From: Balamuthia mandrillaris
Taxonomy: Eukaryota
Direction of reading: 5' to 3'
Assembly (NCBI GenBank): GCA_031835245.2
Contig: JAVKOQ020000102.1
Coordinates: forward strand, 1-64,000
Length of the DNA stretch: 64,000 nt
Of this stretch, positions 1 to 12,102 are shown piece by piece (positions within the stretch are counted from its first letter, which is position 1; each line of letters opens with the position of its first letter). The position numbers and the translations under genes were made by a program. Under the pieces are notes generated by a model. That model was not told the origin of the DNA. It did no database searches and saw only the letters and a list, made by a program, of their open reading frames with translations.

Positions 1-2404
1 TCGGAAGAGACAACATCCGATAAAGGAACGTCATCCTGCTTAACTTTTGCTTCTTGCTTCACTTTCGTTTCACTATCTTCATCGGCTTCTTCATCCTCGT
101 CTTCCTCTTCTTCGTCCTCACTGCTGTCACTGCTGCTATCACTGTCCGACACCAATCCTTCCTCTGAAGAAGAAGAGGAGTAACCACGAGGAGAAGAAGT
201 TTTTCGTCGTCGTCGTGACCTACCTACATCATTACTGTTGATACGAGAAGAGAGATAAACAGAAGCAGCTCCAAGATCGCAAGGCACCCAACACATTCCA
301 TGCGCTGATACATTGGGAAAAGCGGTTGCAGCGATGTTTGGAGGCTGATGTCGACCCAAGTTACATGTCTTTGATTTTCCATGGCAGTTGATTAGTGATT
401 TTACAAAGCAGAAGAAGGATCAAGAAGAGGGAGGAGAAGGAACAAGAAGAAAAGAAAGAAAAAGAAGAAGAATGAAAGGTATACCTCATATATACAAGAA
501 AGTTCTCGAAAAAAATCAATGACGGTAAGAGCGCCTGCTGGGGAGGAAGGCTGCGGGCAAAGCACATAGTAGATCACATCCTTGCGAGGAGCATAAGGTT
601 CCAGCTGACCCTTCTCCCACCACCGCATGGCCGTGGCGGGCGGCACCCGCAGCCACTCTTCCTTGTAACCGACCTGCACCATCGGCACATCCAGCCGTAC
701 TAGTCCTAAGTAAGAGCAGCCAGAGGGAGTAGGAGAGAGCCTGCTCTCAATAGGAGCTTGGGCTTGCCATTGCTCTAAAGTCAGAGGGCCATTCACGGCA
801 GCCGCCCACTCAGAGAAGGTTTGGCTTAGAAGAGGCCGCAGAGCAAATAAAGTGTGTACAATACTGGCAGCAGAGGTTTCCTCCAATTCATCGCTATCGT
901 CCTCTTCGTCTGTTAGCGCGTCTTCCTCTTCCTCTTCATATGCTGCGTCAGACAACACATCATATTCGTGTAAAGAGGAAACGGTGTGATGCCGTTGCAG
1001 TTTGTTCGACCAAAAAGGAGGGGCCGTATGGGGCTTGATAATGGGCGGCGACAACGAACAGAGCGCCCAGCAGTTTTGTTGAACCAGTTGGAGTTCGTCA
1101 TAAGAGGGAGGAACAGATGACAGCGATGAAGAAGATGGCGGTGGTGCAGTTCTTTCACTTGATGAGAATTGATATGACGTGGGGGAGGCTTGGGTCGGTA
1201 TGGATGGCGGAGGAAGTGAGACAGTAGGAGAGGGTACAGAAGATGATGAGGATGATGATGACGACGACGGAGTAAGGAAAGGAGAAGTTGATGGTATGGT
1301 GGTAGAAAGCGTGAGTGACGCGACTTTAGGGTTGTAGGCCAGCCGTTCCATTTTAAAGGGAACCAGAGACGAGGATGAGAAAGAAGATGGCACAGGAGAG
1401 TTGTGGGGGGGAGGAGGAAGAAGATGCAAATGCATATCAGCAGGTGTTGTAGCGGAGGAATGGCGGTGGACAGAAGAAAGCAAAGGAGAGGGCATCAATG
1501 AAGAGGTGGAAGATGAGGTTGAGGCCAACAAAGGAGAAGAGGATGGCTGGCTGGATAGTGGAAAGAAGTGGTGCCACGGTCTAGGCTTGGCACTATAGAA
1601 GGTAGGCGGAGCTATGGGCGGTTTGTTAACAAAGGGAATCAATTGTTGTTTAGCTGTAGGCCAACCAGCAGCCTCTGCTGATTTGGCAGCACCAGGCCAG
1701 GTGGTAGAAGAAGAGGAATAAGTATGAGAGGGAAATATGGAGAAGGCTCCATGCAACTGTAGTTGAGGTTGTGTAGGAGGACAGGTCCGGAGAACAGAAG
1801 CGAGGTCGAGTGTGGAGGTGGTTTGTGGTAATGGTTTGTATAGAGGTGGGCAGACATGGAGATAAGAGGAAGAAGAAGCAGCATTAGATGGAGCAGTTGA
1901 AGAGGAAGAGTAGGAAAAGAAATTGGGGTAAAAGGAAGGAAATTGGGACGACGAAGAAGTAACAGAAGAAGAAAAGGCATAAGAGGAGTAGGACAACAGT
2001 TGTTGCTGTTGTGATTGTGGCAAATAGGTCAAGCTCTCCCACAATTCATCTACAGCGTTGTAATTATGATCCCCTCCTCCCTCCCCACTCATCATCATCG
2101 CATTTGTGAAGTCACTATGCGTCAAAGCAGAAGAGGAAGATAATGAAGTGGAGGAGGAAGAGGAAAAAGAAGAAGAGGAAGAAAATGAAGATATGGGCAT
2201 TGACATTGCCCCGACATCTCCTTCTAGTTGGGTTGCTTCTTGTTGGTCCGTTGCGGCGGCTATGGGAGAATGAATTCCCATTGAACGAGAGGACACAGTA
2301 GAAGCTGTAGTTGTAGATGTAGAAGAAGAAGCTAAAGAAGAAGAAGAATAACCAGAGATAGCATCGTCGGGTTCTAACTTTAAGTTTGAATGGTTGGGTT
2401 GGCA
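1..2404 (-). CDS. MED13: Mediator subunit 13 (MID-domain region), partial; runs off the window and appears 5'-truncated
   Basis: VPMVQVGYKEEWLRVPPATAMRWWEKGQLEPYAPRKDVIYYVLCP matches the MED13 middle domain. Intron 484-369 (GTATAC...AAAG) joins ELSCIYE to TCNLGRHQP (MED13 YE.C.LG.H.P). The frame stays open up to a TGA at about 2405; first ATG at about 2282. Confidence 0.8.
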
Positions 2405-3240
2405 TCACTGCAGAGCAGGGTAGGGCTCTTCTCTTTTGCTCGCTATGACCCTTGTTTCCAGCTAAAGTTTCATCGACCATCGATTTTACGAGAGAAGACC
2501 AAACATGATGAACCAGCGCAGAAACATGCAAAAGAGAAGGAAGAGGAAAACGTAAATGGCAAAACAAAAGGAAAAAAGAGAAAGAGAGCTGGAAACTCGG
2601 ACACAGAAAAAAAGAAGAATCGAAAGAGCATACGAGAAGGTAGTGAGCAAACAAAAGAGGATGAGGAAGAGAATGAACGAATATTAATTGCTCGAAGCTG
2701 CAAAGTTATGGCACATGAGGTCTGTCACATGTTTAACGTTGGCCACTGTGTTTACTACCATTGCTGTATGAATGGTAACGACCTCTTCCTTTTTACTCAC
2801 ATATGTAGGTATTAATACACGTTTTCAATCTTATCTAAGGGTCGGGCCACGTTGCTGAGGACGATAGCCAACCTCTGCATTTATGTCCAGTTGACTTGCA
2901 CAAACTCTTCCATGCAATGAACGGCTTTGATGTAGAGGAAAGGTTCGTTTTCATTTTTTGTCCAGGTAAACTGTCACCCACTAACGTTGCGTTTCCATTG
3001 GTGTTATTCTATTGCAGGTATCGCCGTTTGGGCGAGTTTTACACTATCAACGGAATGTCAAAAGAGGCACAATGGATCGTTGCCAGACTAGAGGACCTGA
3101 GATCATCATCAACATCTTCTTCTTCTTCTTCTGCTGGTGCTTCTGTGTCTTCCGCTGATACCCAACAAACGAGACGCCAGTCAGCAAGACTGCGGCAAAA
3201 ATCACAGCTAGCCGAGATGGTCAATGCCTTAACGTCCTGA
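2390..3240 (+). CDS. Archaemetzincin (peptidase M54) zinc metalloprotease, C-terminal half only
   Basis: GLASL..RVGLFSFARY; RSCKVMAHEVCHMFNVGHCVYYHCCMNG / SGHVAEDDSQPLHLCPVDLHKL (HExxH plus Cys motif). Introns at about 2775-2839 and 2943-3017. An in-frame TGA sits directly before ATG 2390 and the usual N-terminal part is absent. Confidence 0.8.
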
Positions 3241-3425
3241 GGACCACACCCCTGTTTTGCTTTCTCTCTTTCTCTGGTTTGCTTCTTGTTCAAGATATTT
3301 CGCGCAACAAAAAAATAACAAAACAAAAACGAAGAAAAACAAAAAACAAAAACAAAGAAAAACAAAAACGAAGAAAAACAAAAAACAAAAAACAAAAGGA
3401 GGTACATAAGCAAGGAAGAGAATTT

Positions 3426-5660
3426 ATGAAAGAAGAAGGCAGCAACCGAGGGAGCAGTGCCTTCAGTTCTTCGCTGCGCTACCCAACATTACCCAAAAAT
3501 GCGACTGTCTGGTTTGCTGTGGTGGTCACGCTAATCAGTGGATTGACCTTGTTGGGAGCGGCGGGGCAGGCCGAGAAGGAACTGCTGTTAGTAGTAGGAG
3601 ACGTCTCTGACCACACCGCTCGAGTTCTCTACGAAGGATACCACGCACTCGGCCAAAAGGGAGAGGAAACTATGATTGCCTCCCTCATTGACGAAACCAC
3701 TGCCAGCCTCATTGTCGACACCGTGTAGGTACCTTCGATTTCTCACAAAAAAAAAAAAAAAGAGAAAGAAGTGAACGTTACTGACAAGGAAAACGACCAG
3801 CATACAAGTAAGAACGTTTCCTGCTGTACTGAAGCTTGCCGATTTACTGCCAGAACACAACTACTCCGTCAGTTTTTATTCCTTCAGCAGTGGCCGCGAG
3901 AACGCTGATGTGTTTCGCGGGCAAGTCTTCTTTAGGACGTTTCCCTCTCACTCGACTGCCCCTGTTTTGTTCAAAGTTGCCGCTTTGTCCTGCAACCGTT
4001 GGTACGATGATAGGGATGTGGAGTTGTGGGAAAAGCTCGCTCTTCTTGACAATGACAGCGACGTCATGCTTCACCTCGGTGATAACATATATGCTGATCG
4101 TATTTGGAAGGACTTCATATCTTACCTCTCCCAAGTTCCTGGTATTGCCTCTTCTCTTTTCCGTTCTCTCCCTTCTCTCGCTCTGCTTCTCTGCTTCCCT
4201 GCTTCTCTTTCTCTTGTGCTCTCGCTTACTCACTCGCTCTCACTGTCACAGAAAACAGTGCAGAGTGGGAGACGCGACGAGCAGAGGCAACCTATGAATA
4301 CTTCCTTCCCAAGTATAGGCACATCTACCGCGAGACGTTCGGCCAAGAGACCGTACAGAAGGTCCTCCGTCGCAATGCCCACTGGATCATAACAGACGAC
4401 CACGAGTTTGTCAACAACTTTGGTCCCGATCTGCTGAAGGATCCAGTGCTAGCGCCTATGGTTTGGGCGGGCCGAACTGCATTTTTGGAATATCAAATGC
4501 AGCTGCTGATGGATATAGAACCTGCTGTAATGTACTTCCAAGGTTTGTTAGTGTTTTAAATGGCGTCGCTACTTTTTGCTTTCTTAGACTTATTTGCATG
4601 CGAGCAGCAAATGCAACAGCAAATGCAAATGCGCATGTTCCGACCCCTGAAAGGCAGGAAGTTCAAACGTACTATGCTAAAACGGTGGGAAAGAACTTGG
4701 TCTTCATTTTCCTGGACCTGCGCTATCAACGTAGTTTTGAGTTTGACGTATCGCATCCCATGATTGGAAGCAAACAGCTACGGTGGTTCCAAGAACAACT
4801 GGCAAAGTACGGTTCAGATGACTCTATCACGGATATCGTTGTGAGCGCCAGCGTGCCGCTGCTTTATTTCACAGAGAGCATGGCTAAGCTTACCTACGCC
4901 GTGGAGCAGGAAACCTACCCCACCCATCCTAACCACATCAACGATACTCTTCTTCTGATGGAAATGCTTTTGCCACACGCTCCTAAAGTCAAGTTGTTAG
5001 GAGGCGACGTCCATCAGGTAATTGACGGTTTTTGTTTTTTCTGATTTATTGAAGGTTTACCCATTCGGCAAATCGCATGCTTCAGTTTGCTCTGCTTTGG
5101 CTTTGTCATGAGAGAGGGCCATGCATTCCAGAAATGGTTACCAGCGGCATTACACGAGGTAACTCAATTGCTTCTTTCTCCTAATGTTATATTATCTTTC
5201 CTCCTTTTTTTTTTTTTTTTTTTTTTCATCTGATGTTTGGTATTTTTTGAAATGATAGGATCATCTATCATCGAGCACTTGAAGTTGTACCTGTTTTACC
5301 TGCTTGGCTTACAGTTGACGAACGACCAAGTGGGCAACTGGCACGTCATGAGAGAGCAACAGGTAAGTGTAATTTCGTACTCGCAAGAACTTTCCTTTGT
5401 GGGTTTACTCACTTGTGTGACTTTTAATCCATCAGGTTGGCTTTCGAAACTATGGTGTGCTCTACTTCCAGCAAAGGAGCGATGCAGATAGCAGCACAAG
5501 TTGGCGTTGGGAAGGTCGCTTTCCAGATAATATCCCAACAAAACATTTGCTGCTCCAATGGATCTTCGACCACTTTCTCATCCTGTTAAGCGTCTTAGTT
5601 GGTGCATTGATTGCGCTTTGCATTTTCTGTTGTGGTCACTTCTCTCAGAAAAGGCCTTAA
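3426..5660 (+). CDS. PhoD-like alkaline phosphatase/metallophosphoesterase, multi-exon, N- and C-terminal hydrophobic segments
   Basis: Motifs LHLGDNIYAD, TDDHEFVNN, LDLRYQRS, LLGGDVH, EMVTSGI across GT-AG-bounded exons. Confidence 0.85.
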
Positions 5661-5738
5661 ACCTAATTGTTTATTGTTCTCTACTGTAACGTTGGAAAAA
5701 GAGAAGATCTCCCCTTTGTACAACCTTCCTCTATTCCT

Positions 5739-6085
5739 CTACTTCTTCTTTTGTGGCATAGTGCTTTCTTTTTTCTGTATCAACAAAGATGTTTGCATGA
5801 CTGTGTCTGGATTAAGGCTGATGGCCTGGATGCCTTGTTCCACCAAGAATTCGGCGAATTCAGGATAGTCGGATGGTGCTTGTCCACAAATGCCAACATA
5901 CTTGCCCATGTCGTTGCAAACCTTGATCACCTCTGCTATCATGGTCTTCACGGCGTCATCCCTTTCGTTGAAGATCTTGGAAACGATGCCGGAGTTCCTA
6001 TCTACTCCCAATATCAGTTGAGTCAAGTCATTCGATCCAATGCTGTAACCTACATTGGAAAAATAGCGTGTGGATGTATTAAATT

Positions 6086-6132
<47 letters not shown>

Positions 6133-9077
6133 TAGAGAGAGAGAGAGACAAACTTCAGGAAGAGAGAGATAGAACTTTACCATCGAGAATATGAAGGAAC
6201 TGTTTGGCGAGGATCACATTGGAAGGGATTTCACACATACCCATTATCTGTAACCTTTTCTCTCCAGAGCCTTCTCTCTTTAGTCCATTCTTCTCCATTT
6301 CTTGGATGACCAGCTCTGCCTCTTTTACTGTCCTACAAAACGGGATCATTACAGAGAGGTTCCACAGGCCATACTCCTCTCGTATCTTCTTAATAGCTTT
6401 GCACTCCAACGAAAATCCATCCTGTGCAGTTCACAACAAGTGAGCAAACAACAGTAAAATTCAATGAGATGAAGATTACCTTGTAGTCCGGATCATAGTA
6501 ACGAGATGCTCCACGCCAGCCCAGCATTGGATTGTCTTCTTTTGGCTCGAATGTTTTGCCTACAGTAACATACAACGAAAAAAAAGTTAGGATGGTATTT
6601 TGTTTGGTTCACACATTTTAGGAGATGAAGCAACAGTTCAATACGGACCGCCAAGAAGACCGGCATACTCATCTGTTTTAAAATCAGAGAAGCGCAAGAT
6701 GACGCGTTTCGGAAAGAATGCTGCAGCAATCATGCCGATACCCTGGGCTAACTTCTCTACAAAAAACTCTTCTCCGTTTTTGTATGGCTTGATGAGCTGC
6801 TTTAATTCTTTTCTCTCTTGCTTGGATTTCACCTTCTTCGGACAAAGAAGTGCCATTGGATGTGCTTTGATGTGATTTCCTATGATAAACTCCATTCGAA
6901 CTAGTCCTGGATTGCAATGTGGCAATGAGCAGTGCTGTAGAACACAAGGGAAATCAAAATAATGCCATAACATACCAACTCCATCGCTGGGAATCGCCCG
7001 TAAATGGAACGCTGTTTCTGGATTAGCCAAGTTCATGCATATCTTGGTCTTTAGTCCTTTTGTAGCTTCGATGGTATGTTCTTCTTCTTCGAATTTGAGA
7101 GTACCATCGTATACAACACCAGCATCGCCGGAAGAGCAATCCACCGTCACTTGCTGTCCTGTTTTCACTACTTGAGTGGCACATCCACAGCCGACCACAC
7201 ACGGTATACCCAACTCTCTTGAAATGATTGCAGCGTGGCAACTTTGTGCACAAAGAAAAGGCGTGAGGAAAGGAAAACAAGAAGAAACAAACAAAGTGGA
7301 AGAAAAGACTAACGTTCTACCACCGCGATTGGTGATGATTGCTTTGGCGTGCTTGAGGATAGGCTCCCAGTCGGGATCCGTCATTTCGGTGATAAGCACC
7401 TCACCCTGCTTAAAGTCATGGATTTGGTCCACGCTCTTCAAAACTCGAGCCTTGCCTTGCGCAACCGACATTCCTACGCTGGTTCCTTTGCATAGAACCT
7501 TTCCTTTCTCCAGCAATTTGTAGGTGTGGAACTTGGTGATGTCCTTTTGGCTTTGTACAGTTTCAGGTCTGGCCTGAACGACGAACATTTGATTGAGAAC
7601 ACCATCCTTGGCCCATTCGATGTCCATCGGTGTGTGCTTCCCGTTCTTCTTGGAGTAATGGTCCTCAATGATGCACGCCCACTCGGCCAGTTGCATGATC
7701 TCGTCATCATTCAGACAGAACATGTCTCTCTTTTCTATGAAACATATAAACAAATAAAGAATTTTGGGGAGTGGGCGCAGGAAGAAAATAGGAACTCGTG
7801 AACCGAATAGCATCTAGATGAGAGAAAGAGAATGAGAGGAGGGAGAATAAATTACCTCGATCTGTGGTGAGATTCTTGGTGGTGGGCTTAGACGGATGAT
7901 AGACCATCGTCATTTCTTTGCTGCCCAACTTCTTCTGAATGATGGGTTTGCAGCCGTTGTTCATGGTCCCTTTGAATACCAGAAACTCATCCGGGTTAAC
8001 TGCTCCTTGAACAACGTTCTCTCCAAGGCCCCAAGCTGCTGTTATCAATACAACATCCTTGAAACCACTTTCAGTATCAATGGTGAAGGTCACGCCACTG
8101 CAAGCTTTATCGCTGCGAGCCATTCTTTGCACACAAATGGATAGTGCCACCTGGTGAAACAAAACAAAATGTAAGTATGGGTGAGACAACAAACAGAGAT
8201 AGAAGAACTGAGAGTTAAAGAAAAACGGAACCTGCATGTGATCAAAGCCTTTATCTATTCGATAATTGATAGCACGGTCGTTGAAAAGACTCGCCATGCA
8301 TCTCTTACACGCAGAAAGTAACTCGCCTTCTCCTGAAATGTTCAAATATGTATCTACAAAGATAACAAATGAGCACAAATAGAATAATGATGATGATCAC
8401 AGGCCGAGGAACACGAAGAGAAAAAAAAAAGGACATGAAGAAGAATAAGAAGAACAACAGGGACAAGCAGACGAAGATGAGCTCAAGCAGTAAAAGCAAG
8501 CAGACAAAGAAGCGAAAAAGAACAAGCAGAAGAAGCAAACCTTGTTGGCCAGCAAAACTTGCACCAGGCAAATCTTCAGCCGTGGCGCTGCTTCGAACGG
8601 CCACATCAATGTCCGTTTCCTCGTACTCCTTCCCTAGCCTCTTGTAATGTTCGCAGATGGTCTCCTCCAGGTCGGACGGCAGTTGCGCATTGAGGATCAA
8701 ACGACGGACCTCTCGGCCTCTCTTTCTCAGGTCTTTGGTGTCGCCTTGCTTCAACCCATCCAAAACCTCTTTGATCTTGTCCTCGATGTTGGCTTCTTTG
8801 AGGAAGTATCGATAGGCCTTGGCCGTGATGGCAAATCCATTTGGCACTTCGATGCCTGTAGACCATCGATTCAAAGCCAGACATTAAAAAAAAAAGTTCA
8901 GAAAAAGAAATGGAAGAAGGAAAAAAAAAAGCACGAGAAGAGTGTTAACAAACCCTTAGAGCCAAGTTCGCAGTACATCTCTCCTAAGCTGGCGTTCTTT
9001 CCGCCCACCAGCTCGACGTCATCATTGCTGATATCTTTGAACCACAGCACCAGCTCTTCCTTTCGCTTATCGGTCAT
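5739..9077 (-). CDS. ppsA: Phosphoenolpyruvate synthase (pyruvate, water dikinase), bacterial type, with many spliceosomal introns
   Basis: [76 protein letters not shown] (phospho-His), [38 protein letters not shown]. Confidence 0.95.
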
Positions 9078-9534
9078 TCTTGGGTTTGCTCTCTCTCTCC
9101 GCTGACCTCTCTTCCTTGCCGTCGTGTTCGCTTCGTTCGTTCTGTGTTCGTATCCAGCTGGGCTGACTCGTTTGCAAAGAAGAAAACAAACCTTCATAAA
9201 AAGGCACAAAAGAACGTCTCTCGACAGGCAGGCAGGCAGGCAGACAGGCAGGGAGCAAGAAGGAATAATAATGGAACAGAAGCGGCAGCAAACAGCGTGA
9301 CAATCGGAGGAAAGATGGCGCGTTGGTCTCCTTCCTGGCTGCAGAGCGCAGCGTTGGCACCTCTGCATGAAAACTCGGGTCCAACAGAACGAAAACCGAC
9401 CGCTTTGGCCATTCTAAGAGGAGAGGCAGCTTTGGTGTGGGACGGAACCATGGAACCTGGTTTCGTCTTCATCAACACTCAGTGGTGCATGCATTATTGA
9501 CTTCATTATAATTGTTAGCAAGAAGAAGAGGATC

Positions 9535-10474
9535 TTAGTCCTCCAGGTACATCTTTACTGGGTGAAACAGAAACTGCCCCGAGTCCATCCCTTTCTCCAG
9601 TTCTTCCAGACCGAAGGTGGGGCGATACCGCACATTGACTCCAGGGTAGTCCAGCTTCCCGGCGGTGTATCCATGCCTCTGCGACAAGGAAGCCAACAAG
9701 ACCTCGTGGAAGAGCAGCGTGTTGTGTTGGCGGGCGAAATCATCCACCCTTTGCAGCAGCCGCAGAGAGAGCCTGCAGATGACGTTGTACGTTTTGCACA
9801 GCTCCTCTTCCTTCAAGATGCCCTTTCCTTCGCCCCATAGGGGCCAATCTTCCTTGTTCTCGGCCTTGCAAACACGATGTGAAGGAGTAACCAGATCGGT
9901 GTCATCGTCGATGTAATGCCTGACCATCTCAGCCACTGCTGATGAATTAGCCCACCATACATCGTCCTCCACAAACCAAACGTGAGGGAGCTTCTGCTTG
10001 TGCGCCCAGAATAGTGCCCTCTCCCAACTGGTGACGGAGAGGCTTTCGCGTTTTTGATGGTTTTGCTTGTAAACTGATGATAACAGGTTCACCCATCCCT
10101 TCTCTTGAAGAGGTCGATTTGGTTGCCATAGAACCAGGTTCTGTTCCTGTCTTGCCATCGGGTGAAGGTTGTTCTGAGAATGCAAGCAGATAAAGGCATT
10201 CACCCCATTCTCCCGCAGGGCTTCCGCCCTGTTGACGATATCCTCGGAGAGCTTTTTCGCAAGGAGGACCAACACTGGCTTTGGTGGGTCTGCATGGTGT
10301 ACCAGAAATGAGTAAAGAAACAGCCCTTCCAGTTCGATAACCTTACATACCTTCGCTTGGCTGTGGTGAGACTGGACTGTCCCCCTTGTCATAGGGGAGC
10401 AACATAAAGACGTTGAAGACAACAAACACAACCATAAACAGAGCAAAACCCCTAAAGACTAGATTTGTGTTCAT
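9535..10474 (-). CDS. Putative type II membrane glycosyltransferase-like protein (2 exons: 10474-10351, 10289-9535)
   Basis: Exon 1 MNTNLVFRGFALFMVVFVVFNVFMLL is a signal anchor missed by the ORF track. A 61-nt intron (GTATGT...GCAG) restores frame. VWFVEDDV acidic motif and terminal FHPVK resemble GT-A fold enzymes. Confidence 0.6.
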
Positions 10475-10854
10475 GGGTGCTCTCCTCCTCTTGATAGCCT
10501 AAACTCTCGGCTCCCGTGTGCCGCATACTAACAAGCCTGCTTTGGATCCAGAGAACCACCAATGGATAATAAAAAAAAGTTACAAACCCAACGAAAACCT
10601 CCCTTGATTTAGGCACAAGGCCATAGCCCGTGTCGAACTTGCATGACGTGTGCTCGAACCCAGAGAGGCCTCTGCTGCTGCCTTGGTAATGCTGCATTAC
10701 ACACGCTCATTCATTAGAGGTAATTAGCCGAAGGATCTTTCGGCGATTTGTTTTCAGAAGAAAGCAAGGTACAGGAGGAAGTAAGGAAGCGCTGAATCAT
10801 TCCACCCCGGCACAAGCCAACGCAACAAAGCGTACAGCCTCTTAACGTAACAGA

Positions 10855-11682
10855 ATGACCACATCCTCTCTCTTGCTTGCGACTCTCTTGCTCTCGGTGG
10901 CAATGCCTATAAGTCATGCCGCCGAGCAAACCGTCCGAGTGAAGAACAACCTGCCCGTTTCTAGCTGTGCCAACGGCAACTCCTTGACTCTCTTTCTAGA
11001 CTTTCCAAACCAACAAAACGTCCCAAGAGGAGAGTACTACGACCACAGCGGTGACTTTACCAACGCTCCTGGCATTGGCATTCAGATTAACAACTGGTAC
11101 TGGACGCAAGAGGAACTTCCGGTTCAGGTTTGGTCCCTCTCCTTCTTTGCCTCTCTTTTCACTCCCTAACCACCCCCCCCCCTCCACCCCACCCCCAAAA
11201 CAAAACTAAAGGAAGGCAATGGGGACGATCTACATCAGAATCCCGACAACTCTGGCGCCCAGTTCATGCTCTCTGATGACTGTGAGCTCTCCTATGAGGA
11301 TCCCTGGTTTGGACTGGGCATTCAGACATGGCTGGTAGCGGACGTGCAGGCAGCCATCGATCCCGAGAGTGGGCTGTGCACCGTCACCATCTCTGGCAAT
11401 GCGGACACGGACAGCGTCACTCCCGATTGTTGTGCTCCTCCTCTTTTCGAGAGTGGAGTTTGTGATGACGAGACGCAAACATGGGGCATCACGAATAACG
11501 GACGACCATGGCCTCCAACAGGAGAAGATGATGATGGAACTACGGATGGAGCTGTTGATGGAGATGAAGATGGCACAGAGGATGGTACGAATGACGGCGA
11601 TGATGGCGGTGATGGCAATAATGATGGCGACAATGACGACGGAGGATCATCAGCACGCATCCATCCATTTACCCTGTATTAA
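10855..11682 (+). CDS. Secreted Cys-containing protein of unknown function with Asp/Gly-rich tail (2 exons)
   Basis: Signal peptide MTTSSLLLATLLLSVAMPISHA; intron from 11128 (GTTTGG) to about 11210; acidic tail GEDDDGTTDG... Confidence 0.7.
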
Positions 11683-12102
11683 AACACCTGTTCAGATATT
11701 CGTTTTGCTGCTGTATGTGCCCGTTTTTTCCGGCTTGCGCACCAGGAACAACCTTACCGATGAAAAGACGCAGCGGGCAGCTCCGGCGGGGCTTGTGTGG
11801 TGGTCCTCCAGAACGATTGCTGCTCCCCTTGCGCTCTTTTTCTGCTCCATTTTAATATCACATATCTATAAAAGGATATAAATGTCGACAAAATAACCAT
11901 AAAAGGACCTCGGAACAAAAAATTTGAACTCGGCCCATTTCCTTTCCGCGACACTACTATAGCAAGGGGCCGCTACGCGCAACTGAAACCACGAAGCAGG
12001 AGGAGGAGGAGAGCCGCTCCACACTTTGCTAGTAGCCAAGGCCACAGAAGTAAGAGAGACTCCCCCCACCCTCCTTCTTGCCTTCAGCACTCCAACCAAA
12101 GG

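Noticed and set aside
10600..10700. Two GTTCGA (B-box/T-loop-like) words on the minus strand suggesting a tRNA
   Set aside because: Could not fold a cloverleaf or find an A-box at proper spacing; tRNAscan-SE would settle it
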